From contig CAVXLD010000006.1 of assembly GCA_963762565.1 (NCBI GenBank), positions 1 through 59,298 of the forward strand: a stretch of 59,298 nt of DNA. Direction: 5' to 3'. The notes beneath the pieces were generated by a model. It worked only from the letters and a program-made list of their open reading frames with translations, did not search any database and was not told where the DNA came from. This document shows, piece by piece, positions 21,139 to 29,977 of this stretch. Made by a program: the position numbers and the translations under genes. The first letter of the stretch is position 1; every line of letters starts with the position of its first letter. Origin of the DNA: an uncultured Verrucomicrobiae bacterium (GTDB taxonomy: Bacteria > Verrucomicrobiota > Verrucomicrobiia > Chthoniobacterales > JAFAMB01).

Positions 21139-22305
21139 TTAGTCGGTTGTCAGAATCGCTGCAGCTGCCGAATACCCATGGAGAAAGCTTCGGTTCCCTA
21201 CGGGCCCAATTTCTCCGTTGCAAAACAGTCCGGCGGTTGGGCAAGGTCCAAAGGTCTGGGCAACGATTCCGGCATCGTGATTCGAGACACCAAAAAGGCC
21301 TCGACCGCGCCCGTTACATACGAACAAGAGAATAGCCAGCGAATCCTTAATATTTGCTGCGGTTGACTGGCAGGCATCCAGCATGTCTTGATGGGCTGAT
21401 TTCGCGTCCCGAACTTGGAATTGAACCGTTTGTCCTACGCGCGGGTAAGCAGCCACCGCCAGCGCTCCCATTTGGGGATCTGCGCCAAGAATGTTGCGAA
21501 TCAGGAAGTCGCCACGCTTAAACTCATCGATGTACTCGGAGGCGGCCAGCCCGAGAAAGAGGTTATTCCGGACCGCGTTCCTCTCGTCGGCCGGAATTGT
21601 CATGAAGGCGGACTCGAGGGTCTGGTAAGCGGAGACATTGCCGATCTCGAGAATAAAATTGTCTTCGGCTTTCGTAATCGGCGACGGGTCTCCGATTGGC
21701 CGGCACCCTTGACTGATGAAGGGGCGAAGCCGCAACGGGGACTTGAAGCCTACCAGCAAAATCGAAGCTGTAGTCAACTCTCCGTCTCGGAACAGGAAAT
21801 AGTCGGATTGCTTACCGGCGGCCAAGCCGCCGACAATCGGGATTTCCGGGTAGGCCTGATTCCAACTGGCCAACCAATCTTCCAGCTCGTGTAATGACGG
21901 GTTTGCCAGCACGATCCAACCGCGACTCGCCTCTGGCCGGATATTGGTGAGCTCATGCCACGACTCAGGCTCGTTTGAATCGATATCTTCTTCGGAAATG
22001 CTGAATACGTCGAAGCTGTCCTCGGGGAGCACGAGTAACATCACGCTGAGCCCGGACGAACCTTCCAATTCGGTTTCAAATCCGATCACGGCCGAGCCGG
22101 AGCAGCCAACCAACCGGGGTACGTGGGCGTGGAGACGAATCAATTCCAGGGTGTCTTCCAGGTGAGGTTGCCAGTCTGGGGTAACAAAAACAAACCCTAA
22201 GGCGGCGTTGGTCCCGAGTTCGGTCCGTAACTTCTCAGCCAGGGAAACCACCTGGCCCTCGGAGTAGACTCCGGTATAGAGAAAGGAAGCCGCTTTGACA
22301 GTCAT
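21139..22305 (-). CDS. FIST N/C signal-transduction domain protein
   Basis: VGCSGS; VGGLA; SQGCRPIG; CNGRG; GLFCNGEIGP. Confidence 0.93.
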   Translation of the reverse strand: MTVKAASFLYTGVYSEGQVVSLAEKLRTELGTNAALGFVFVTPDWQPHLEDTLELIRLHAHVPRLVGCSGSAVIGFETELEGSSGLSVMLLVLPEDSFDVFSISEEDIDSNEPESWHELTNIRPEASRGWIVLANPSLHELEDWLASWNQAYPEIPIVGGLAAGKQSDYFLFRDGELTTASILLVGFKSPLRLRPFISQGCRPIGDPSPITKAEDNFILEIGNVSAYQTLESAFMTIPADERNAVRNNLFLGLAASEYIDEFKRGDFLIRNILGADPQMGALAVAAYPRVGQTVQFQVRDAKSAHQDMLDACQSTAANIKDSLAILLFVCNGRGRGLFGVSNHDAGIVAQTFGPCPTAGLFCNGEIGPVGNRSFLHGYSAAAAILTTD

Positions 22306-22479
22306 TGCATCAATTTACGAAACCGTACGCGAGATTCAAAACCTCCTTTAGCCTGCGTTGCCGGAAAATGCATTACACATTTTTCCGGCAACGCAGGCTG
22401 TGTAGCCGGCAATGTGCTGGGAGAGCTTCCGGTTCGCGATGCGTTGCGGACCCGGGGCACCTCCAGCACATTGCGGCTA

Positions 22480-23127
22480 ATGAAAGTGGTCATTACTGGG
22501 GGACCAAGCAGCGAGCCCATTGACGAGGTTCGCTTGATCACGAACCGTTCGACTGGAGAACTAGGCATAATCCTGGCTCAAGCTTTCTGGCAAAGCGGTC
22601 ATCAAGCCAGTCTTTTTTTAGGGCGACTTTCACAGTTCCGTCACCCCGAAGCTGCGTATTTTGATCGCAACGAAGATCTTCAGCGGATGTTTCGAGAGAT
22701 TGATGAAAGCAAGTCGGTGAACGTTGTGTTACACGCGGCTGCGCTCGCGGATTTCGAGGTCACAGCGGTTCGCGCCGGGAACCGCGATATCGGCTTAAGC
22801 AAGATCGGCAGCGAACATCAAACACTGTCACTCGAGCTCGCTCCGAAACAAAAAGTGATTGGCGGGCTCCGCGATGTTTTCCCCAATGCTTTGATCGTTG
22901 GATGGAAACTAGAGCTCGATGGCTCTCGGGATGATCTGGTTCGAGAAGCAACGCTACAGGTCAAAAAGAATCGGACCGATGCCTGTGTGGTCAATGGCCG
23001 AGCGTTCGGTGACGGATTTGGATTTTGCACCCACAAGGGTTTGCAGGAGTCATTTCCGTCCAAACCTGAGCTGGCCGCGTTTCTCGTTAAATGGGCCGAA
23101 GCTGAACTGGTAGGGCGAGGCTCCTGA
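22480..23127 (+). CDS. Stand-alone CoaB-like phosphopantothenate--cysteine ligase domain protein
   Basis: VITGGPSSEPIDEVRLITNRSTG; HAAALADF; VGWKLE; no CoaC flavoprotein domain. Confidence 0.85.
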   Translation: MKVVITGGPSSEPIDEVRLITNRSTGELGIILAQAFWQSGHQASLFLGRLSQFRHPEAAYFDRNEDLQRMFREIDESKSVNVVLHAAALADFEVTAVRAGNRDIGLSKIGSEHQTLSLELAPKQKVIGGLRDVFPNALIVGWKLELDGSRDDLVREATLQVKKNRTDACVVNGRAFGDGFGFCTHKGLQESFPSKPELAAFLVKWAEAELVGRGS

Positions 23128-23361
23128 ACGGCCGATAAACCTTCGCAAGGGTCTTAACCTTATGTGGCTCCTCGCCAGCAAATCCCAGTGCCGCCGAGCC
23201 GGAACCAGCGCGTACCATGGTCAGCGGCTCTCTGCGAAATGCCGAACTGATTTGATCGTTCACCGCGTTCCCGTGCGATGTCCAAGTTCGCTCTGTCGTC
23301 TGAAACGTTTATTAATTGCAACCCCCGGCCCTTGTACTATTTTCCGGCTTCGTCGCACTAC

Positions 23362-23436
23362 GCGCGGTTAGCTCAGTGGTAGAGCGCTTGCTTCACACGC
23401 AAGAAGTCGCAGGTTCGAACCCTGCACCGCGCACCA
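23362..23436 (+). tRNA. tRNA-Val (anticodon CAC)
   Basis: GCGCGGT/ACCGCGC acceptor stem; CTTGC-TTCACAC-GCAAG anticodon arm; GGTTCGAAC T-loop; encoded CCA. Confidence 0.97.
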
Positions 23437-24045
23437 TGTCTTAGTGACACCATCGAGGCTCTCGAAATTGCGTGCCTTTACGGTTCTGCGGGATTTAAAG
23501 GTGTATTAGCCGGCTGCTAGCACATGCGGAGATCGGCAGCGACTTGACCTGAAGTCCCAGGCCGATATCCTGTCCACAGTGTGCTACAGGGAACAGCCAG
23601 TAAGGATCGGCTGAGGGTGAGGGCGGGGCCATCATCTATGGAGCGTTGTTTGATAGTGTTTGCGGTTCGCTTCTCAGAGCGAGACCGGCAGCCTAACTCG
23701 GTATCGATGAAGAAGCTTGGGATGAAAGCACGATGAAATTTCATGTAAAGAAAGTGCCTCGCGGGTATAAGGTTCGCGTGAGACGATACGACGGACAGAG
23801 CTCTAAGATCTACGGAATCAAGATCTTCGATCTGCTCATAGGGATTTCGTTTGTGTGAGGTAAGTGCGCTTCGTACTCGTTCTCGTCGTCGTCCTCGTCC
23901 TCGAATCCGGGCACGCGGGGTGATGGAGTGTTGGAGTACTGGGCTGTGTTAAACCTCGGCTTGAGTCCTTGAGCCGCCTTTGGTTGGCGACCCCTTTCGG
24001 CCTCGCAAGCGAGGCAGCGCTCCACGGTGTTTGGACACCGTTTCC

Positions 24046-24768
24046 CTATTCGAAAAATTTCTCGCCGAACGGCCTGAGATCTAATTCCAGAGTCCAAGCG
24101 GAACGGTCTTGAATGGCGAGTTGCCAATAAGCTTCGGCCATTGCATCGGGATCAAGCAAAGGTTCGGGTCCTGGCGGAGCTTCCGCTGTTCCCGGATCAC
24201 CAATGACCGCGTCGATGACGATGTGAGCGGTGTGAATCCCTTTTGGCCACAGCTCTCTAGCCAGGCTCTGGGCTAACCCTCGCAACGCAAATTTTGAACT
24301 ACTGAAGGAAATGGAGGCGCCTCGTATAGACGAAGTTGCCCCGGTAAACAGAATGGCTCCGGCTCCTTTTTTCAGCATATCCGGAACGACAGCCTGAGCA
24401 CACAGCAGGCCTCCCAGCGTGCCGACGGCCCAACTGTGTGTAAAATCCTTAGGATCGATGGAAAGCAGTCCTTGCCCAAAGGGGCCACTAGCGCTGGCAT
24501 GAAAGACCAGGAGATCGATTGGTCCTAATGTCTGACGGAGTTCTTCGAAAGCACGTCTTACCTGGTTAGCATCACTCACATCCGCCTTTGCTGAAGCCAC
24601 CGGCGCTTTGGTTGCGCGCAACTCGGCTCCGAGTTGATTCAGGTAATCCGCGGATCTGGCGATCAATCCAATGCCGCATCCTTCTTTGGCCAACTTGCGG
24701 GCGATCGCTGCTCCGGATCCTGGACCTACTCCAGCGATAACACTTGTCTTGGGACGAAAAGGGTTCAT
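24046..24768 (-). CDS. SDR family oxidoreductase
   Basis: GVGPGSG Rossmann motif; FTGATSS; FSSSKFALRGLAQSLAREL. Confidence 0.93.
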   Translation of the reverse strand: MNPFRPKTSVIAGVGPGSGAAIARKLAKEGCGIGLIARSADYLNQLGAELRATKAPVASAKADVSDANQVRRAFEELRQTLGPIDLLVFHASASGPFGQGLLSIDPKDFTHSWAVGTLGGLLCAQAVVPDMLKKGAGAILFTGATSSIRGASISFSSSKFALRGLAQSLARELWPKGIHTAHIVIDAVIGDPGTAEAPPGPEPLLDPDAMAEAYWQLAIQDRSAWTLELDLRPFGEKFFE

Positions 24769-24823
24769 ATGAGCATCAACGAAAAATGACGCGAAAAATG
24801 ATCGCGCACCGTCTGAAAGCTAC

Positions 24824-25438
24824 CTATGGCTTGGTTGAGAGCCGCGCAAGTTCTGCTTCTAGATCCTTGATCCGTTTGACCAGTGGATCGATGACGCTGC
24901 GCACTTGAGCTTCGGTGAACCGGGGGACGATATATTTCGGGCAATTCCAATGGAACGCTTCTACTTGGATGAGAATACCCCGCTCAACGGTATTAGCGCC
25001 CGGATCGTTCTCTATTTTTCGTAACTCTTCGGGGACATCGTCTCCTTCTACCAACTTCGCGGTCCCAAAAATCTTGAGCCGCGCTCGGGCCGGATAATCG
25101 ATCAGAAACAGGGAAACGCGAGGGTTCCCCAAGATGTTGCCGAAAGACAGGTATTGACGATTTCCTTTAAAATCAGGGAAGCCTAATTGGCGGTCCCCGA
25201 GTACCTTCAAGAATCCGGGTGGACCGCCGCGATGTTGAATGTAAGGCCAGTCATGCTCGTTAATTGAAGCGAGAAAGAACGTATCTTGTGACTCGATAAA
25301 AGCGATCTCCTCCGGTCCGAGCTGGTTACTGGTGAGCGGGCCGGTTTCAAGGCGGCAATAGGTGGCGCGGCTGCCCCAACGTTCCTGCAACTGTTTGACA
25401 GCGTCACTTGTCGCAATTTCTAAGTAGCGATCGGTCAT
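24824..25438 (-). CDS. Pyridoxamine 5'-phosphate oxidase-like FMN-binding protein
   Basis: [31 protein letters not shown]. Confidence 0.93.
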   Translation of the reverse strand: MTDRYLEIATSDAVKQLQERWGSRATYCRLETGPLTSNQLGPEEIAFIESQDTFFLASINEHDWPYIQHRGGPPGFLKVLGDRQLGFPDFKGNRQYLSFGNILGNPRVSLFLIDYPARARLKIFGTAKLVEGDDVPEELRKIENDPGANTVERGILIQVEAFHWNCPKYIVPRFTEAQVRSVIDPLVKRIKDLEAELARLSTKP

Positions 25439-25445
25439 ACTCCGA

Positions 25446-25567
25446 AGGTGAGAGGTGAGAGGTGAGAGGTGAGAGGTGAGAGGTGAGAGGTGAGAGGTGA
25501 GAGGTGAGAGGTGAGAGGTGAGAGGTGAGAGGTGAGAGGTGAGAGGTGAGAGGTGAGAGGTGAGAGG
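25446..25567. repeat. Perfect heptamer microsatellite (AGGTGAG)x17
   Basis: Counted directly: 17 units plus AGG. Confidence 0.98.
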
Positions 25568-25582
25568 CGGCTGGGAATATAC

Positions 25583-25596
25583 AGACCGATCTGTCT
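25583..25596. promoter_or_regulatory. Putative TetR operator AGACCGATCTGTCT
   Basis: Imperfect palindrome between divergent PNPOx-like and TetR genes. Confidence 0.7.
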
Positions 25597-25664
25597 ATTT
25601 GGCAAACGACATTTTTTGGGGTAGCCTTGGCTGCGACTTTTGTTTCGTTTCGTTTTTTCATTCA

Positions 25665-26372
25665 ATGACCGGCGTGTCTTCGTTATCCAAAGTAAAAGAG
25701 AGATCAGCGTCTCCAGCCCTGCCGCGGCAGCGGTTAAGCAAGCGAGATCAATTAGTCGAAACCGCGTGGCGGTTGTTCTATCGAGATGGGTATCATGCTA
25801 CCGGGATCGACCGGATCTTAGCCAGCGCCGGTGTCGCAAAAATGACTCTTTACAAGCACTTTCGGTCGAAAGAGGACCTGATTTTGGCCGTCCTGGAAAA
25901 ACGGAGCGACCTGTTCCGGGAATCGTTCTCTCGATTTCTACAGGCAAAGAGAGGTACGCCGGAGCAACAGCTGCTGGGCGTGTTCGACTGGCTAGTTAAC
26001 TGGATCAAAAGCAAAGAGTTTCGCGGCTGTTTCTTTCAGAAAGCGATGGCCGAATACCAGAGTATACAAGATCCGATTCATCGAGCGGCGCTGGCGCATA
26101 AGGCTGCTTTTCATGCCGAGATCGGCCGGTTGGTGAAAGAAGCCGGGTTGGCTCGCCCTAAGAATTTGGGTGATCAGCTGGCACTTATCGTGGAGGGCGC
26201 CATCGTAAGTTCACATGCTCTTGGGTCGTCCGTGCCAGCGATACAGGCCAGAGCGGCAGCGCGATCTCTGATCAAGATGGGAGGAACCCAGGGAAGCCTC
26301 GCGCAAAGGACGCAACGGGAGAGATTGGTAGGGCGAAAATCTCGGCGCGGACAACGGAAACCACTTTCCTGA
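25665..26372 (+). CDS. TetR/AcrR family regulator; last ~25 aa derived from a repeat element
   Basis: [40 protein letters not shown]. Confidence 0.93.
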   Translation: MTGVSSLSKVKERSASPALPRQRLSKRDQLVETAWRLFYRDGYHATGIDRILASAGVAKMTLYKHFRSKEDLILAVLEKRSDLFRESFSRFLQAKRGTPEQQLLGVFDWLVNWIKSKEFRGCFFQKAMAEYQSIQDPIHRAALAHKAAFHAEIGRLVKEAGLARPKNLGDQLALIVEGAIVSSHALGSSVPAIQARAAARSLIKMGGTQGSLAQRTQRERLVGRKSRRGQRKPLS

Positions 26373-26574
26373 CAGAACCGCGCCGGATTTGAGCCATGCG
26401 TGCGCGTTGCATCGTCCAGGACATGATCGTTCTCCGGCCAATGGAAGCTAGCGGGGTGGTATATCAACGGCGCGGCTCAAATCCGGCGCGGATACATCTA
26501 GCCTGAATGGCCCATCTACGGCGCGCCGAGATTTTCGCCCTACCAATCTCCCGTTGCGTCCTCTGCGCGAGGCT
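26295..26574. repeat. Family B element (26327-26545) inside an outer inverted repeat AGCCTCGCGCAAAGGACGCAACGGGA
   Basis: All four family B conserved blocks; outer IR ends TCCCGTTGCGTCCTCTGCGCGAGGCT. Confidence 0.9.
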
Positions 26575-26624
26575 GGTTTGAATTTCGGTGGCGCGTGGAT
26601 CGGTCTTCGTTTTGATTGGTGGGA

Positions 26625-27155
26625 ATGTCAGGACCAAAAGAATACCTGGTTATCTCCAGCTCTTTGCGAACGTCGAGCCGGAGCCGGATCTTGGCCGAGT
26701 ACTTGCGCGAGTATTATGAGAGCCAACAAGTGAGTTGTGCTTTCCTGGATCTGCGATCGTTTAATCTGCCATTGTGCGATGGCGACGCCGCCTACAACCA
26801 TCCAGATGTGGCCAAGTGTGCTGAGTTGATCACGGGCGCTCGCGTGGTTATTGCGGCAACGCCAGTCTATAACTTCGATGCCTGCGCTGCTTTAAAGAAC
26901 TTGATCGAATTGACCGGTGATAGTTGGGAGGACAAAGTAGTCGGCTTTCTGTGTGCCGCTGGCGGCTCCTCGAGTTATATGTCGGTAATGGGCTTAGCCA
27001 ATAGTCTGATGCTCGATTTTCGTTGTCTGATCATTCCGCGTTTTGTGTATGCGACGCGCCACGACTTTACTGACGAGAAGGTACCGACTGACGAGGTCAA
27101 GACACGGGTCGTCCGGCTAGCTCAAGCCAGCCTAGCAATAAAAAACGCAGTGTGA
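26625..27155 (+). CDS. NADPH-dependent FMN reductase
   Basis: ISSSLRTSSRS; LPLCDG; ATPVYN; LKNLIE. Confidence 0.92.
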   Translation: MSGPKEYLVISSSLRTSSRSRILAEYLREYYESQQVSCAFLDLRSFNLPLCDGDAAYNHPDVAKCAELITGARVVIAATPVYNFDACAALKNLIELTGDSWEDKVVGFLCAAGGSSSYMSVMGLANSLMLDFRCLIIPRFVYATRHDFTDEKVPTDEVKTRVVRLAQASLAIKNAV

Positions 27156-27161
27156 CAAAAC

Positions 27162-28079
27162 ATGGAGACGACGCAGCCTTCAGGAATACTATCGCCGGCG
27201 CTAACTGCTTTTAACGAGCAGTTTGAGATCGACGCTGAGCGGACGGTGGCCCATTTTCGGTGGTTACTTAAAGAGGGTTGCGACGGTCTCGTCGTTTTTG
27301 GCACGACTTCGGAGGCGAACTCCCTTTCGGTAACGGAACGAACTAGTTTTCTAGAATACGCAGTTTCCGCTGGGATTGATGCAAACAAGCTGCTGCCCGG
27401 GACCGGCTGTTGTTCACTGCCGGATTCGGTTGTACTTACCAAGCACGCCGTCGGATTAGGTTGTCCTGGGGTTTTAATGTTGCCGCCTTTCTATTACAAA
27501 GCGGTCTCGGATGAAGGGCTGTTCCGTTATTTTGCGACTCTGATCGAGCGAGTGGGCGATGGCCGGTTACGGATTTACCTTTATCACATCCCGCCGATAT
27601 CCCAGGTCGCGATTAGTTTCGATCTAATAGAAAGGCTAGTGACTGAGTTTCCTGGTGTTGTTATCGGGGTCAAAGATAGTTCGGGCGACTGGGATCACAC
27701 CCGGCGATTGATTGAGCTCTTTGCTCCCGGCGGTTTCCGCGTGTTTCCCGGCAATGAGATGCATCTTTTGCCGGCTCTCCGGGAGGGCGGTCGAGGCTGT
27801 GTTTCTGCCTTCGCTAATATCAATCCGTCCCTGTTACAGAACCTATTTCACAATTGGTTGAGGCCTGAAGCGGACGAACTTCAGGAAGAAGTCCAGCGCC
27901 AAGGACGGGCCTTGCGTAAGTATCCGGTGATACCGGCGTTGAAAGCGATTTTGGCTAAGTGGCGTAACGAACCGGAGTGGGAAAATGTCCGACCGCCGTT
28001 GGTCGCGCTTTCGGCAGAACAGCGGGAAGCGTTGTTGAGGGATTTAGCGGCGGTGAGATTTCAGCGGCCCTTGCTCTGA
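27162..28079 (+). CDS. Dihydrodipicolinate synthase (DapA-like) class I aldolase family protein
   Basis: FGTTSEA; LPPFYY; YLYHIP; GVKDSSGD Schiff-base Lys. Confidence 0.9.
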   Translation: METTQPSGILSPALTAFNEQFEIDAERTVAHFRWLLKEGCDGLVVFGTTSEANSLSVTERTSFLEYAVSAGIDANKLLPGTGCCSLPDSVVLTKHAVGLGCPGVLMLPPFYYKAVSDEGLFRYFATLIERVGDGRLRIYLYHIPPISQVAISFDLIERLVTEFPGVVIGVKDSSGDWDHTRRLIELFAPGGFRVFPGNEMHLLPALREGGRGCVSAFANINPSLLQNLFHNWLRPEADELQEEVQRQGRALRKYPVIPALKAILAKWRNEPEWENVRPPLVALSAEQREALLRDLAAVRFQRPLL

Positions 28080-28449
28080 GCCGTACATGGGAGGGGCGCG
28101 CGTCCTCGCGCGCCGCAAACCCGGATCCACACCACAAGACGTAGAAAATTCCTTGGCTTTGCACATGCATGGCCTCGGGTACCACTTCAGACCAAACGAC
28201 AGCGTACATCGTATTGAACCGCCGCTTTCGAGGACGAGGATACAACGGCCCATAGAACTGCCTCACCTCGAGACGTTCCCGGGAGCCGCCTGCTGCTAAC
28301 CGATAGAGCTGCCAACTTGTAAAGCGGCTCCCCTCCAGGCCTTGGGCATGCGACGCCGGGTTTCCTTAGCGGGACGAGAACGAGCATCTGGTGTGGAACC
28401 TGGCCCGGCGAACGTTCGCACTTGGCGTCGAGTGTCGTTAAAGTAGGAA

Positions 28450-29814
28450 ATGGCCACAATACTCTCGGTTACTGAGCTCACGCGGCAGGTACGGGATATT
28501 TTGGAGAGCCGGCTTGGCGAGGTCTGGGTTGAAGGCGAGATCTCTAATTATCGGAAACAGTCATCTGGGCATCATTACTTCACGCTGAAGGATGATCGGG
28601 CGCAACTGGCATGCGTGATGTTCGCGCGCGCCTATTCGGCTCGATCCGGACTCATTTTAAAGGATGGGATGCAGGTGCAGACGTTCGGCCGGCTGACTGT
28701 GTACGAGGCCCGGGGGCAATATCAATTGGTGGCCGAACTGATCCAAACCAAGGGTCAGGGCCTGCTTCAGGCCAAGTTCGAGGCCTTGAAACGTAAGCTG
28801 CAAGCGGAAGGCTTGTTTGATCCGGAACACAAAAAGCCGTTGCCATCATTTCCTCGACGCGTGGCCCTGGTGACATCGCGGTCCGGAGCGGCTTTGCAGG
28901 ACATGCTGAACGTTCTGCAACGGCGAAGTCCCTGGTTGCGCATTTTGATCTGTCCTGTCCGGGTCCAAGGAGAGGGCGCCGCGGGTGAGATCGCGGAGAT
29001 GATCCGATACATCGACCGGCATCGAGTTACCCTTGCTATCGACGTGATCATTGTGGCTCGCGGAGGCGGCAGCCTGGAGGATATTTGGGAGTTCAACGAG
29101 GAGGTTTTGGCTCGGACTATTTACGGATCCGAGCTTCCGATTATATCCGCGGTTGGACACGAGATCGATTTTACGATTGCCGATTTTGTGGCGGATCTGC
29201 GAGCGCCAACCCCGAGTGCAGCGGCCGAGTTGGTAGCTCCTTCCCAAGAAGCTTTGCTGAATTCATTAGCTGCCAAGCAAGCCGCTCTGGTTCGGTTGGC
29301 CAAACAAGCCGTTGAAGTTGGCCTCTTGCGTCTGAACCGGCTGAAAGAGGCTAGAGGATTGCGTGACCCGAAAACGCTGGTCCAAGATCGGCAACAGAAA
29401 GTCGACCAGATAGAAGTTCGTCTTCTGCAACTGCTTCGCTGGACGGTTGAACATCATCGGACCCACACGAACCGTCTGTCTTCGTTGCTGCAGGCGTATC
29501 GGCCGGCGCAGGTGGTGTCTCGCCGGAGAGCAGAGGTGGCTGCGGTACAAGCCAGATTAGGGCACGCGGTCAAATATCAGCTCGAACGAGTAAAACAACG
29601 CTTGCTGTCCGTGCAAAGATCGATCGCGTTGCTGGGGCCAGAACAGACCTTGCAACGCGGGTATTCGATTACGCGGAAAACGAGCGGAGAAATCGTACAG
29701 CGAAGCAGAGAGGTAGAAGCCGGTGAAGAGATTTTGACTCGGCTGGCGGAGGGTGAGCTGAGGTCAACGGTGTCAGCGAGCGGAAACGAGCCAGACTTCG
29801 CCCCGTCGTCTTAA
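28450..29814 (+). CDS. xseA: Exodeoxyribonuclease VII large subunit
   Basis: VWVEGEISN; SGHHYFTLKD; ARGGGSLED; SAVGHEIDFTIADFVADLRAPTPSAAAE. Confidence 0.98.
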   Translation: MATILSVTELTRQVRDILESRLGEVWVEGEISNYRKQSSGHHYFTLKDDRAQLACVMFARAYSARSGLILKDGMQVQTFGRLTVYEARGQYQLVAELIQTKGQGLLQAKFEALKRKLQAEGLFDPEHKKPLPSFPRRVALVTSRSGAALQDMLNVLQRRSPWLRILICPVRVQGEGAAGEIAEMIRYIDRHRVTLAIDVIIVARGGGSLEDIWEFNEEVLARTIYGSELPIISAVGHEIDFTIADFVADLRAPTPSAAAELVAPSQEALLNSLAAKQAALVRLAKQAVEVGLLRLNRLKEARGLRDPKTLVQDRQQKVDQIEVRLLQLLRWTVEHHRTHTNRLSSLLQAYRPAQVVSRRRAEVAAVQARLGHAVKYQLERVKQRLLSVQRSIALLGPEQTLQRGYSITRKTSGEIVQRSREVEAGEEILTRLAEGELRSTVSASGNEPDFAPSS

Positions 29815-29977
29815 ACTCCAGACTTCGCCTCGTCGTTTAGACTCCGAGAGGCTACGTCCGGCAAGCCGGGAGGCTACGTCGGGCGGGCTGGGACGACGTC
29901 GCATCCCCGCGCGCCGCGGGACGTGCCACAACCCGAAGGTATATTTTCGTCCGCGATTACAACATTCGTCCCGACTG

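Noticed and set aside
25404..25665. ORFs with SHLSPLT repeats, and the TetR start at 25560
   Set aside because: Products of the heptamer microsatellite; the TetR start is better placed at ATG 25665 or later.
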